Shown here piece by piece: positions 48,277 through 58,722 of a stretch of 64,000 nt of DNA (position 1 is its first letter; every line of letters begins with the position of its first letter). The stretch spans positions 102,831 to 166,830 of the forward strand of contig CAZLEV010000008.1 in the NCBI GenBank assembly GCA_964558645.1, given 5' to 3'. The translations under genes were made by a program, and so were the position numbers. Origin of the DNA: an uncultured archaeon (GTDB taxonomy: Archaea; Asgardarchaeota; Thorarchaeia; Thorarchaeales; Thorarchaeaceae). The notes under the pieces were generated by a model, which did not search any database, was not told the DNA's origin, and saw only the letters and a program-made list of their open reading frames with translations.

Positions 48277-49437
48277 TTGACAAAGGCTGCAATCAACCGT
48301 TCCAGAGAGGCAATCAGTGAGGGACGCTTCACTGAAGCCATCCAGATTTTGGAGCCCCTTGTTCTTGACGGTTGCGAGGAGCCTGATGTCCTGCTCTATC
48401 TTGGAATGGCATACTTGCAGACAGAACGCCCTCAAGATGCTGTGGAAGTGCTTGAGAAAGCAGCAGAGCAAGTTGAAGATCACTGTATTCTCGATATGTT
48501 ACTTGGACGCGCCTACACTGCAACAGGCTGCTATGATGATGCTGAGATGTACCTTGAAAGGGCCATTACCAGAGAACCCGAACTGGTCGAGGCTTGGATA
48601 GATCTATCCAAGGTTCTCTATTTTAATCATGAATATGGTGAGGCTGCGCGTATTCTCGAAGATGCGGTGGAACGCTTCCCGAACAATCGTGCTCTCCATT
48701 CAATAAGGGCAATGAGTCTCTATAGATTGGGCGACTACACCGAGGCGACACAGGAATGGGGTGAATTATGCCGAGTTGACCCACAGAATCAGAAATACGT
48801 GACCACGTATGCCTATTCACTCCTTATGCTGGGTCGGATAGATGAAGCATTGCCGTACATCGAGCAAGCCCGCTCAATGGAGCCTGATAGCCACCGTACT
48901 CTTCTGCTTGATGCCGAACTGAGATTCCGCAGAGGTGAACTAGATGAGGCTCGACATTTCTTCTCTAGGGCGCTTGAGCAGTGTTCTGATAGTGTAGAGG
49001 CAATAGCCCGGCTAGCTGTGATCGAATTCCGTAGAGGTAGGGAGGCCAGATCAGAAGAGTACCTTGAGCTTGCTAACGAGTTAGTAGAAAAGGAGCCCTC
49101 ATCTTGGCAACGAATCTGCGATTCTTATCAGATGCTTGGCGAGCATGGCCGTCTTATCGATTGCCTGACTTCCATTACGGAGAACGACAGTAGATGTGCA
49201 GCTGCATGGATTCGTTTGGCGCGGGAATACATGGACAGGGGCATGGAGGAGCGGGCGTATTCTGCATGGAGAGAGTCATTTGACATCCGAGGATACGTGA
49301 AGCTGTACTGTAGCGACTGCGATGCCTACTTCAGAGTGCCTTATGAAGAGAACTCGGATTTTGACCCCTTTCAACACGCAGAATGCATATACTGCAACTC
49401 TATACTATCTATGCCTGAATCCTTAGCAGATATCTGA
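48277..49437 (+). CDS. Multi-TPR protein with C-terminal CxxC...CxxC zinc ribbon
   Basis: About 8-9 TPR-like repeats; CSDC and CIYC. Confidence 0.85.
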   Translation: MTKAAINRSREAISEGRFTEAIQILEPLVLDGCEEPDVLLYLGMAYLQTERPQDAVEVLEKAAEQVEDHCILDMLLGRAYTATGCYDDAEMYLERAITREPELVEAWIDLSKVLYFNHEYGEAARILEDAVERFPNNRALHSIRAMSLYRLGDYTEATQEWGELCRVDPQNQKYVTTYAYSLLMLGRIDEALPYIEQARSMEPDSHRTLLLDAELRFRRGELDEARHFFSRALEQCSDSVEAIARLAVIEFRRGREARSEEYLELANELVEKEPSSWQRICDSYQMLGEHGRLIDCLTSITENDSRCAAAWIRLAREYMDRGMEERAYSAWRESFDIRGYVKLYCSDCDAYFRVPYEENSDFDPFQHAECIYCNSILSMPESLADI

Positions 49438-49452
49438 CTCGGAGCCGAGTAT

Positions 49453-49944
49453 ATGAATACCAGACACTATCCTTGTCACCCAGTTCCCGGGGTCGGAGTG
49501 ATAGTGGTCAGCCGGAAGGGTGTACTCCTGGTCCGCCGTGATAAGAATCCCGGAAAGGGCCTGTGGAGTATCCCTGGAGGCGGTGTTGAGCTTGGGGAGT
49601 CTCAAGAGATAGCCGCGATACGCGAGGTAAGAGAAGAAACCGGCGTTGAGATAGAGCTGCTAGATCTTGTCAGCACCGCTGACCTAGTCACGGTGGACTC
49701 AAGAGGGTGCATTGAGTATCACTATCTACTGAATCATTATCTGGCAGCAGCAGAGAGTTTATTGACAAGGCCAGAGTATCCCTGGGCAGAAGTCCGTTGG
49801 TTCCAACCCGATTGCCTCCCCATCAATGAGATGCCATCACGGATTCATTCTCTTATACAGGAGAACCTCGTCCGGATCCAAGAGCTCTATCGACGGGCGA
49901 GGGAGCGGTTAGAACCAACCGACTCTGATGGCCAAGAAATATAA
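49453..49944 (+). CDS. NUDIX hydrolase (ADP-ribose pyrophosphatase-like)
   Basis: Nudix box PGGGVELGES...AIREVREETG. Confidence 0.92.
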   Translation: MNTRHYPCHPVPGVGVIVVSRKGVLLVRRDKNPGKGLWSIPGGGVELGESQEIAAIREVREETGVEIELLDLVSTADLVTVDSRGCIEYHYLLNHYLAAAESLLTRPEYPWAEVRWFQPDCLPINEMPSRIHSLIQENLVRIQELYRRARERLEPTDSDGQEI

Positions 49945-49999
49945 AAGCGAGTGACCGGTACAAGGATAAGATTCCAATCACTAAGGAGTTGCCAAACAT

Positions 50000-50458
50000 A
50001 TGTTCAGAACAATACTTGCCCTACTGATTACCCTTGTTGTGGCCATCATAATCGGGGCTTTCCAGATTCTTGGTCTCGATATGGCTGCAATCCAGGCAAT
50101 ACTGCAGAGTGCCGATCCTGTGGATGCACTTCAGGGTCTTGGAGCTATACTCTTTGCAGAACTGATATTCCCATACACTTTTGCGCTAAGTGGGGCATAT
50201 GCCCCGTTGGTAGCACTTGGAGTTGCAGGCTTCATTGCCGGGCTCATTTCTAAGAGTGGAGTTCGCATGCTCTTTGTATCCATTATTGCCATGGTGCTCT
50301 TCTTCCTTGGATACGTAATACTTTATCTTGGCATGGCTCTTGATCCCAATGCCCTGTTTACTGTAGCTGAGAATGCTGTCATCGACTTGGGTGTTTCCTT
50401 TGCTTTGCTCTTCGTTCCCGGGATAATCGGTGCATCACTGACTGCAGAGGACTACTAG
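50000..50458 (+). CDS. Membrane protein
   Basis: 4-5 hydrophobic helices; AGGAG upstream. Confidence 0.75.
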   Translation: MFRTILALLITLVVAIIIGAFQILGLDMAAIQAILQSADPVDALQGLGAILFAELIFPYTFALSGAYAPLVALGVAGFIAGLISKSGVRMLFVSIIAMVLFFLGYVILYLGMALDPNALFTVAENAVIDLGVSFALLFVPGIIGASLTAEDY

Positions 50459-50469
50459 TAACACAAGAC

Positions 50470-50498
50470 GGGGGAATCTCCCCCATCTACTCCTTTTT
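50470..50498. terminator. Short hairpin plus T tract between convergent genes
   Basis: GGGGGA...TCCCCC followed by CCTTTTT. Confidence 0.45.
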
Positions 50499-51986
50499 CT
50501 ACTTGGTGAGCATTTCAGCAAGTCTTTCCGAGGTCATATCGAGGAACTCCTCCAAATGCAAATTGTGAACAAAGGCTCCGGCCGCCATTGGATGGCCTCC
50601 CGCTTCTGCTATTACTCTGCCATGTTGTTCATTTAGAATCTCCGCTACTTCAACGAATGCTTCTTTCAGATTGAGCCCTCTCTTCACCAAGAACCCTCTC
50701 GCTCTGCCAGAGATCTTCAGCTTCGGACCTTCACCTGTGGTGTTCCTGCTGACCCCAATCACCGGTTTGTCTGCAGGGACAAGACGAGCTCCTTGGGCCA
50801 TGCCAATAACGATGCCAATGATAGTGTCAGGGGTTTCGTTATCGTCTATCAGATACATTCCCTTCCTCTCATCGTAACCCTGTTGCTCTACTCTTCGCAG
50901 AGCTTGGGCAAGATTGGATCTATGAGTCTGAAGCAGTGTCCTTCCTCGTGCATATGCCTCTTCATCTCCAAGACAAATGCGGACACCCACCTCGGGTTCT
51001 CTGTTTCTGCCGCATGCATTCAAAAGTGTGGAGAACTCTTTCACGTTCCTCATCTCACTCTTGACCGGCCTGCATGTGAGCGTTATCACATCTCCAATAA
51101 TACCCTTGGCAATCTTTGGGTCGTCATAGGCTTGCAGAATCTCGTGGAAGAGGGCTTGAATTGCTCTCTGCTTCTCACTATCCTGAAGATCGCTCCACGT
51201 TCTCCAGCTGTCATCTGTATTCTTCATTTGGATCCTAAGATTTTCAAAGAAAGAATAGCATGCATCCCTGTTTCCTGTTATTCCGGGCAGGTAGGGCTCA
51301 GTAGCATACTCGAGCAGGAAGGGGAGGGGTCTAGTGTTGATTCCAAAGAACGTGAGATCCTTATCCACTGCAACATATCCTGCCGCTTCCCCTAATCTGA
51401 CGATATCCGCATTTATCCCCCTGAAGCCTTTCCCATAGAAATCTTGGAGGTCTCCAGAGGCTCCAACGATCGCCAGCTCTGATAGATCTGTGTTTTCTAA
51501 AGAGGTGTGGAGGGCCAATAGAAATGCAACTCCTGCACCTGAAACATCCTTACTACCGCTCAGGCCATGATTGCATGGATTGACCTCGATAATCTTCTCA
51601 TCGGAGGCATTCCGTTCAGATTTCTTTTTGGGGAGATGATGGTCCAGTACAACAATCCTTCTAACAGATTCTAGCGGTGAAACATGTTCCCTGATTAAGT
51701 CCATCTGGCCTGTGCCAAAATCGCTGAATATGACGAGATCTGGTTTTCCTTCGAGGATTGAGTTTCTGACCTCGATGATCGACTCTGAGTTCAACTGGTG
51801 TACACTGGCCCATTCAGTTTCGATTCCCTCACGTTTCAGGAGTTGCACCACAATTGCGAGGGCAGTAATCCCATCTGCATCGATATGTGAGAATGCTAGA
51901 GCTTTCTCGGAGCTCCGTACCGCACGTACCGCCCCGTGCAGTTTACGACGCATACCTTCAGGAACATCTATGCCTGCAGAATCCAT
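50499..51986 (-). CDS. RecJ-like DHH/DHHA1 phosphoesterase (archaeal RecJ/Cdc45-related)
   Basis: HIDADG, SDFG, LDHH, STLLNACGR and GGHPMAAG motifs. Confidence 0.9.
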   Translation of the reverse strand: MDSAGIDVPEGMRRKLHGAVRAVRSSEKALAFSHIDADGITALAIVVQLLKREGIETEWASVHQLNSESIIEVRNSILEGKPDLVIFSDFGTGQMDLIREHVSPLESVRRIVVLDHHLPKKKSERNASDEKIIEVNPCNHGLSGSKDVSGAGVAFLLALHTSLENTDLSELAIVGASGDLQDFYGKGFRGINADIVRLGEAAGYVAVDKDLTFFGINTRPLPFLLEYATEPYLPGITGNRDACYSFFENLRIQMKNTDDSWRTWSDLQDSEKQRAIQALFHEILQAYDDPKIAKGIIGDVITLTCRPVKSEMRNVKEFSTLLNACGRNREPEVGVRICLGDEEAYARGRTLLQTHRSNLAQALRRVEQQGYDERKGMYLIDDNETPDTIIGIVIGMAQGARLVPADKPVIGVSRNTTGEGPKLKISGRARGFLVKRGLNLKEAFVEVAEILNEQHGRVIAEAGGHPMAAGAFVHNLHLEEFLDMTSERLAEMLTK

Positions 51987-52051
51987 TGTCTTCTAGTAAG
52001 ATTCTGGACTGTCAAATATAAGTAGGCCTCTCTGACCTAACGAGTTGACGG

Positions 52052-52390
52052 CTATTCTGCAGCTCGCGATACTCTCGATAGTGCTAGGAATATGACAAGG
52101 AACATGCTCGCAACGGCCGCAAGCGCCTTTGCCACTTTCTGCCAGAATGTCTTTGGAACCGCTAAATCGCGCAGTTCATTAGATACCTTCTTGATGTATA
52201 TCCTCTCTTCGTTGAACAAGGAACTCTCGTCATCGTCTTGAGAGGCAAACTCAGACCAGCTGAGGTAGTATGGCGTATCAGGATCGGTTGCAATCCAAGA
52301 ATCCCAAGTGGCAAGGATCTCATGGCGATATGGATTTGGGAACTCCTCAATGGTAGTCCGAATCCTACTATCAATTTCTTCAGGTATCAT
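52052..52390 (-). CDS. Hypothetical protein with C-terminal hydrophobic anchor
   Basis: Acidic soluble part followed by ALAAVASMFLVIFLALS near the C-terminus. Confidence 0.7.
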   Translation of the reverse strand: MIPEEIDSRIRTTIEEFPNPYRHEILATWDSWIATDPDTPYYLSWSEFASQDDDESSLFNEERIYIKKVSNELRDLAVPKTFWQKVAKALAAVASMFLVIFLALSRVSRAAE

Positions 52391-52510
52391 TCACTTGCAC
52401 CTCTATTTCCCGGCGGTCTTACCTATTAAGTCGTAGTGGACCCTATTAAGCATTGACCACTCGCAAGAATGCCTCCATTTTTCGAACAGTATGTCTATTC
52501 TTCGCAGATA

Positions 52511-53029
52511 CTATCTCATCTGCCCGATTTCCTTCTGCCAGTCCTTCAAATCTTCACGTAGCTTGGCGAGGTCTGCTGGACTGACCGTATCCACCGGACC
52601 ATAAGTCTTCAGAATTCGTACCCACCGCTGCATCTTAACGACGAGGGAGCTGCTTGCGCCTTTCTGTTCAAGTGTTTCAGCTGCATCATCGACTTTGGTC
52701 GCCAAGTCGCTGGCTATGATTCCTTCCCTTACCTGACTATCAAGATTGTCAATAACCGAGCTGAGTCCTGTGACTACTCCCTTTTCCGCGATGACACTGC
52801 TCGAAGCTGGAACAGATGCTTGCTTCCCCAGTTTCTTTACCATTTGTGTCAGGTCATCTATCTTCTCACCGTTCGCCGTTACCGCCAGCGCCAGTTCAGA
52901 AGTCGAATCCTCAAGGTCAGTGATTTTTGTCATGATTTCTATCATTCTGTTGAGCAAGTCTGTCAGCCTGTCAATCGAAGTGTTAATCTCAGTGAGCTTC
53001 GCACGAATGTAGGTTTCTTCTTCTCCCAT
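52511..53029 (-). CDS. Coiled-coil protein with a SNARE-like heptad segment
   Basis: Heptad N-terminal half containing ITDLEDSTSELALAVTANGEKIDDLTQMV; helical C-terminal domain. Confidence 0.6.
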   Translation of the reverse strand: MGEEETYIRAKLTEINTSIDRLTDLLNRMIEIMTKITDLEDSTSELALAVTANGEKIDDLTQMVKKLGKQASVPASSSVIAEKGVVTGLSSVIDNLDSQVREGIIASDLATKVDDAAETLEQKGASSSLVVKMQRWVRILKTYGPVDTVSPADLAKLREDLKDWQKEIGQMR

Positions 53030-53228
53030 GGCAGATTCCCCTATACTTTGGTCAGGAAGTAGACATTAGGTGTAGAAATCACAGTATTCTCGGTTCAGAT
53101 TAACCTTTCTGTGTTATTCAGCATCTTTGTCCTATCTGAAGGGAACACAGAACCATATCCTAATCTTATTATACAGAGCCACGACCGTTTCTTCTTGATA
53201 TACTCTACCTGTTCTGGAGGATAAGGCC

Positions 53229-53576
53229 TTGTATGTTGTTGATTACCAAGAACGTGACGAGATACCTGTTGATATGCCCGGTTCCAAGGGAACCACGATG
53301 CGTTGGTTAGTTGGCCGGAGGTCAGGAGCAAGGACATACGCGATGCGGTATTTCGAGATTCAGCCAGGAGGTATAATCCCTCTTCATCAACACCCAGAAG
53401 AACATGAGATCTTCATCCTTGAGGGCAAGGCGGAGCTGCTCGGTGAGCAAGAGGGCATGACCGCTCAGAAGGACGATGTTGTGTTCATCGAACCTAATGA
53501 ACCTCATGGGTACGATAACTCTGAGGGTAACACTCCGTTCAGATTCATATGTGTGATTCCTCTGCTCGAGGAATGA
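53229..53576 (+). CDS. Cupin domain protein
   Basis: PLHQHPEEHEIFILEG and PNEPHG motifs. Confidence 0.9.
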   Translation: MYVVDYQERDEIPVDMPGSKGTTMRWLVGRRSGARTYAMRYFEIQPGGIIPLHQHPEEHEIFILEGKAELLGEQEGMTAQKDDVVFIEPNEPHGYDNSEGNTPFRFICVIPLLEE

Positions 53577-53664
53577 TGTGATTGTCTGAGCCCGTTCCAT
53601 GCAATCAGCTCATGGGTATCTGAATCCGCTAAGCTTTTGTTGGAGGCAGTTGATATTGGGTCGT

Positions 53665-54480
53665 ATGAGGGAATATGACCTTGCGGACTGCAGGCTCTGG
53701 CTGTTTGATGTCGATAACACACTCATCAAGGATGTAGAGCATCCTGATCCCTTCGAAGATGCGCTTTCTTTGGTGAAGGTACTCGCGGACCGCGGCAAGG
53801 TCTTGGGAATCCTTACCAATGTGGGACGTTTATCCTCTCGTGTCATTCATAGAGCCGTGGTTCAAGCCGGATTCAGCTTCGATTTAGATAAGACCTTCAG
53901 TGCTGGCGCAGCTGCAGCCGCCTATGTGTATAGCAGGCATTCGGATGCCAGATGTTTTGTGATAAGCGAGGGAGGTACAACCGAAGACTTTCTTCTGAAG
54001 GGGCTTCATGTCACCCGCAATCCCCCAATTGATTACGTAGCGGTAGCAGCTGACAGAGGAATGACCTTTGAGGAGCTGAACTTTGCCACTCGAATGGTGT
54101 CAGAAGGGGCGGAGCTCATCTGTGTGAGTGGCAGCCGTTCCTATCCCGGGGTCTATCTTGGAAGAGAAGATGTGTTCATCGGGGAGCGGTCGATTGTAGC
54201 TGCCATCGAGGATGCCACTAGTGTTACAGCGACAATCGTTGGGAAACCTCTACCTGAGATATTCGTGGCCACCGTCGAGGCCCTAGGCTTTTCTTGTGGC
54301 GATGCTGTGATGGTTGGAGATAATCCCAGATCTGACATAGCTGGGGGCAATGCTGCAGGTATGACCACCGTTTTGGTCAATCGTAATCCGGATGATATCA
54401 TAGCATTTGAGTCTGGCGGGCTGGATACTACCCCCGATTTTCAAGTTGACAGTCTTAAAGAGATAGTCGAATTCATCTGA
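53665..54480 (+). CDS. HAD-IIA hydrolase (NagD-like)
   Basis: FDVDNTL, LTN, VGKP and MVGDNPRSDIAG motifs. Confidence 0.9.
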   Translation: MREYDLADCRLWLFDVDNTLIKDVEHPDPFEDALSLVKVLADRGKVLGILTNVGRLSSRVIHRAVVQAGFSFDLDKTFSAGAAAAAYVYSRHSDARCFVISEGGTTEDFLLKGLHVTRNPPIDYVAVAADRGMTFEELNFATRMVSEGAELICVSGSRSYPGVYLGREDVFIGERSIVAAIEDATSVTATIVGKPLPEIFVATVEALGFSCGDAVMVGDNPRSDIAGGNAAGMTTVLVNRNPDDIIAFESGGLDTTPDFQVDSLKEIVEFI

Positions 54481-54690
54481 CGGCTCCTGCTGCTCCTCGT
54501 TTCAAACGACTCCGAGGAAACCACGATTGCAGAGAACGCTTCGGGGGCTCCGTTGATGGTGGATACTGCACCAGATGCGGCTCACCAACAATCCACCTTC
54601 GCAGTTAAGTGGATCCATCAAGTGGTGAAAGAACGGATTGCGTGCTCAAATGAGTGACTGCCCATCCCCTTGTGAAGTGGGGCTTGGCTG

Positions 54691-55708
54691 TTAGAAATCC
54701 AAGAGAGGTTCTCCAAGCACGATTCTCTCCAGGAAGCTGTTCTTCTCTGCGTTCTTGACCAGTTCCTCAAATCGCTTCTTGAGACGCGTCTTGTCGACAT
54801 ATTCTGGTTGCTTGATACCGGTGGACTTCAGCACCTCGTCCAGAACGTGGTCAAAATCGTACGTGATAAGCCAAATCTGCCTACCCTTGTAGGTCCCCTT
54901 CACACGCTTCGCGAGACCATGCTTGATGGCAGCCTTGGTTTCTTTCAGGTAGAAGGACATGGCCTTCTCATACACAAGTTGTTCGCGCCTTACTAGTTCC
55001 TTCAGGAACGGGAGCCCAAAGGTTGTCCGCGCGATTGCTTCAATTCTGGCAATGAACGCGTTGATGATATCTTCATACGACAGGCTCTGCTTGCCTTTGG
55101 TTTCGAAGATCTTGGCGTCGGCTGGTGCGGACACGAATTCCTCGCGCTTCGCTGCCAGTGCGGTCTCCTGCTGCTCTCTTTCTGCCTTCTCCCTTTTGAG
55201 CCGTTCTTCCTCCTCTTTCTTCTTTCGACGTTCTTCGGCAAGCTTTCGACGTTTCTCCTCCTCTATCCTCTCTCGCTCTAGCCTTTGTTTCTCCATTTCT
55301 CTGAGTATCTTCTCTTGTTCCTTCTTGAGCTCAACCATGTGTTTCTGAACGTCGCGTTCTGTGAGTGTGATGTGTTTTGTGAGAAGCCATCGTACGCCGA
55401 TGTGGTTTACCTTAGGTTTGAGGTCTGCAGAGGCGAAGACGAAGCTGGCTGTCTGTTGTCCGGGAAGCTGTGTGATAATCTCCTCGGCCTGTTTCTCCCC
55501 GGCAATCGGCTCCAGTATTCTCTCCAGTACTTTCAGTGACTGGCCACTGCTTATTCGACCGGATGCGATTGTGTTGGGTTTCTCCGAGATAGATTGGGTA
55601 CCAATGTAGCCAAAACCTCCTTGCTCGGTGGTGTTCATCTCGACGTACTCCGGCTTTTCCCCTTCGGGGCTTCAAAGGGAAGAAAGTGATGAAGCGGTAG
55701 ACAGGCAC
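54691..55708 (-). pseudogene. Hypothetical protein with charged single-alpha-helix segment; probable 5' frameshift
   Basis: The 315-aa ORF (54691..55638) joins an upstream GTG frame (MPVYRFITFFPLKP-EGEKPEYVE-MNTT) if one base is removed from the G4 run at 55666-55669. Confidence 0.5.
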
Positions 55709-55770
55709 AAAAGCGTATGTAACTGCTGCACAAGTACTACATTGATGATTTGGTATGAGTATAATAGGCC

Positions 55771-56649
55771 GTGCCGAAACTGAGGTTCATGTTTCTGGGG
55801 GCATCAGTCAGGGCGCACGACGAAGGTGTTTCTTCTTCTGTGGTGCAAGAACGGAAACGCAGAGCGTGGCACACCTACAAGATCATCCCTATGGCGCTTG
55901 CTGGGGACCATCAAGACCGAGAAGTTTCCGCACTGGAAGGAGTACGGTCGGCGACAATATCATGAAGAGCGGCAATTTGGTCGATGTCGTAGACGGTCGT
56001 CGTGGAGGCATCCAAACGGTTCTGAGTCCTCTCCAATCAGCCCCAGCGTATGGAGTTCAGGGAAGACCTACTGGCAAAGGATGTAGAACGACTCGATGAG
56101 GAGTGGACGCGGAACGGAGTCGTCGGAGACCCTGCCTTCGCGTGGGACCTGACCAGCGATTTGACGTGCTTCCTCGACCACGGGAATATCACGGTGGTGC
56201 ATCTCACCCGCTTCTGGGAGGAATCTGACGACCTGTTTCTCGAAGAACTGGCCAAGTACGAGAGCATCATCCATGGCTCGGTCAGTATCCTCGAATCGCC
56301 AGCCATCCGAGACCGTGTCCGGCACAACCTCGACAGGTACGAGGAGCTCGGTGGTCGTTCCGTTTGCAGATTGGTCACAGTGGCACTCAAGGAAGAGTCG
56401 GAGCTCTGGGACCTGCAGGCTGACCTTGTGCACCTAGACTCAGTCCTCGAACAGACTCTACGATTCCAGAGGACAAACCCCTTCATCGACATGATCAATT
56501 TGGAGCCCTGCGAGCCCGTCCCGACCAACACCGCAGGCAAGCCCTCTCACAAGTGGAAGAGCGCAGGTCAGCTCTATCCGAAGCGAGCCTGTGTCGGCCG
56601 CTGCTGGTCGTGCTATCATCAGTGTGTCAGTAACGTGAGGTGCTGGTGA
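55771..56649 (+). pseudogene. Fragmented hypothetical gene
   Basis: Protein-like stretches switch frames across 55771-56020; in-frame TGA at 56023 just upstream of the 199-aa ORF 56050..56649. Confidence 0.45.
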
Positions 56650-56815
56650 TGGGGCTCTCGGATTACGAGCAGCTGGCTCTCTTTCCAAGGTCAAGAAGAG
56701 GAGAGGCCACCAGCATCGACAGATGGAGCCTTTGAGAGTGGACTCTGGTGACAAAGAACAGTCTGGTAGCAACTCAAGCACCACGAGCAATGGATAGGAA
56801 AAGCAGCGATGTTAG

Positions 56816-58003
56816 CTAATTGCCTGCAGTCCTCGATATCATCAAGAGCTGATATTCTAGGGAATCCATGAGCAAGATCTTTAGAAATCCGTCAAAACTG
56901 GTCCATGCGTAGTATAGTGCAGGGAGTACCACGGCAAACAGACGTTCCTGATAGTCAACTATTTCCTCATAACTCAGTTCCTGAACTGTCACGCGGCGGA
57001 GACCTTTCGGTTTTGTCAGTAGGACAGCTCTCTTTCCTTCTCTGATTCTTGTGGCGAGATGAGATTCACAATGTCGGATCTGTGGATTGAAAGCATCTAC
57101 AAGCCGCTTATAGCCATTTTCAGTTAGCACAGATACTATTCTCGAATCCCTGGCCTGTGGCTCAGGTGTTTCTCCCTTAGTCAGCGAAATAGCAATGCGT
57201 AGTAGGTCCAGAATCGGTCGAGCCAATTCATAGACGCGACGATAGACATCGAGGACGTAAAGAATCCTGACATTCTCATCTTGTGAACCCCCTTCCTCAA
57301 TCATTGCTCTAAGGTCTCTAAGATACGCGAGTTGTATAGCCACTCGCTCAGAATGATCTTCAAGGGAGTCAGGAAGGTGTTGACGATATGTCTTGTATAT
57401 CTCGACGGGGTTCTGTTTTTCTTGGTCTGGGAGAAACCCCTCTTGCAGTATGCTCTCAGCGAGGCGTGCTAGCTTTTGAATGGCTCTATGCTTCTGCAGT
57501 AGTTCTCTTTCCCCGAAGAAACCGACATCTCTGGTTTCCACGAGGTTAGAGGCGAAGATATGAAAGTAGTTCTCCCTCAGCCATAGAATATCGGGGTCAT
57601 CCGGCGAGGTGTTTTCGAACAGCAGTTTGACCAATGCTCTATCAACATCATGCCAAAAACCCGGTTCCAAGGGAGACTTCCCCGTTTCCAAGTCGTGAAT
57701 GGCTCCTGATACTTTGCTTTCTCTGTTTTCTGCTAGTTCCTCCACTGCTGCGAAGTACTTCCTCGGGTCGGTGATTCTGTCAAGTCTCATGGCTCCATCA
57801 GAATCAGTCACGTTCTGGAACCTTTGCAGAACACGAGCGACATCCTCTTCATCAGACTTGATTACTTCTCTCTCTCCATTTTTGGAAAGCTCTATTTCTG
57901 TTCTGTATCCTGATTCAATGGACATTCTTACTGAGAACTTGTTAATCCGAAATCTTCTTCCATAGTATAACTCGTAGAAACGCTTTAGGTCCGCTGAAGT
58001 CAT
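56816..58003 (-). CDS. Hypothetical protein with C-terminal HEPN-like RxxxxH motif
   Basis: Helical 395-aa ORF with QIRHCESH; island context. Confidence 0.55.
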   Translation of the reverse strand: MTSADLKRFYELYYGRRFRINKFSVRMSIESGYRTEIELSKNGEREVIKSDEEDVARVLQRFQNVTDSDGAMRLDRITDPRKYFAAVEELAENRESKVSGAIHDLETGKSPLEPGFWHDVDRALVKLLFENTSPDDPDILWLRENYFHIFASNLVETRDVGFFGERELLQKHRAIQKLARLAESILQEGFLPDQEKQNPVEIYKTYRQHLPDSLEDHSERVAIQLAYLRDLRAMIEEGGSQDENVRILYVLDVYRRVYELARPILDLLRIAISLTKGETPEPQARDSRIVSVLTENGYKRLVDAFNPQIRHCESHLATRIREGKRAVLLTKPKGLRRVTVQELSYEEIVDYQERLFAVVLPALYYAWTSFDGFLKILLMDSLEYQLLMISRTAGN

Positions 58004-58391
58004 TACAGATCAACCAGAGTCCTATGAAATGGAAAGCCAAGTAGCCTATTAGCTTATGCAATCTTGAGAGAGCAAAGGCTCTGTTTCTCGAGACAAAAGA
58101 ATCTCGAATCCACTGAGAATAAGAAGTCTGGTGAACAGTGATGTGGGCTATCAGCATTGTCCCAACCTGTGTCTGACGATTGATCTCAGACGGCACTTCG
58201 AACAGAAACGGCTGGTCTAGATTCTACTTGGACTCCCCTTACTTCATTGCCCGACAGAACGCCCTCAACCTGCCTTAACCATTGCGAACCCAAGTTGCCA
58301 GGTGTTGACTATGTCCCGTTTGCTATCAACGATGTCTGGATGTGTGTGGGGCTCAAATAGCAAACCGTGGAACAGAGAAACTGTGCGAGAG

Positions 58392-58712
58392 ATGAGCGGG
58401 ATAGAGGAGATCCAAGAGCGGGTGAACGATGCCCTGGCCTTTGCCCATCACATGGCCGATGAGATGGACTTCGATGGGCATACAGACACTCCTCGGGCGA
58501 GTCGGGCGGTGGGCTATCTCAAGCTGACGAGCATGGTGCTCAAGCATCCCAGGCTCATGGGGGTCAACGGACTTGCGGGTCACATCGAACAGCATCCGGA
58601 CTCGGGGACCGCGGAGCCCTCAGAGGTGCTCCAGACGGTCTATACCGAGCTGCGCGAACTCATCAAGAACATGTCACTGTTCGCTGGCACCAAGTACGCT
58701 ATCCATCAGTGA
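58392..58712 (+). CDS. Hypothetical protein (GC-rich element backbone)
   Basis: Clean ORF with strong GC3 bias. Confidence 0.6.
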   Translation: MSGIEEIQERVNDALAFAHHMADEMDFDGHTDTPRASRAVGYLKLTSMVLKHPRLMGVNGLAGHIEQHPDSGTAEPSEVLQTVYTELRELIKNMSLFAGTKYAIHQ

Positions 58713-58722
58713 GGAGAGCGTC

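Noticed and set aside
56560-56649. Cys-rich tail (CVGRCWSCYHQC) as a zinc finger
   Set aside because: It lies at the end of a fragmented gene and probably reflects an out-of-frame tail.
58218-58278. FYLDSPY, similar to the DPPY motif of adenine methyltransferases
   Set aside because: It is only a few residues in a short closed frame, with no other methyltransferase motif nearby.
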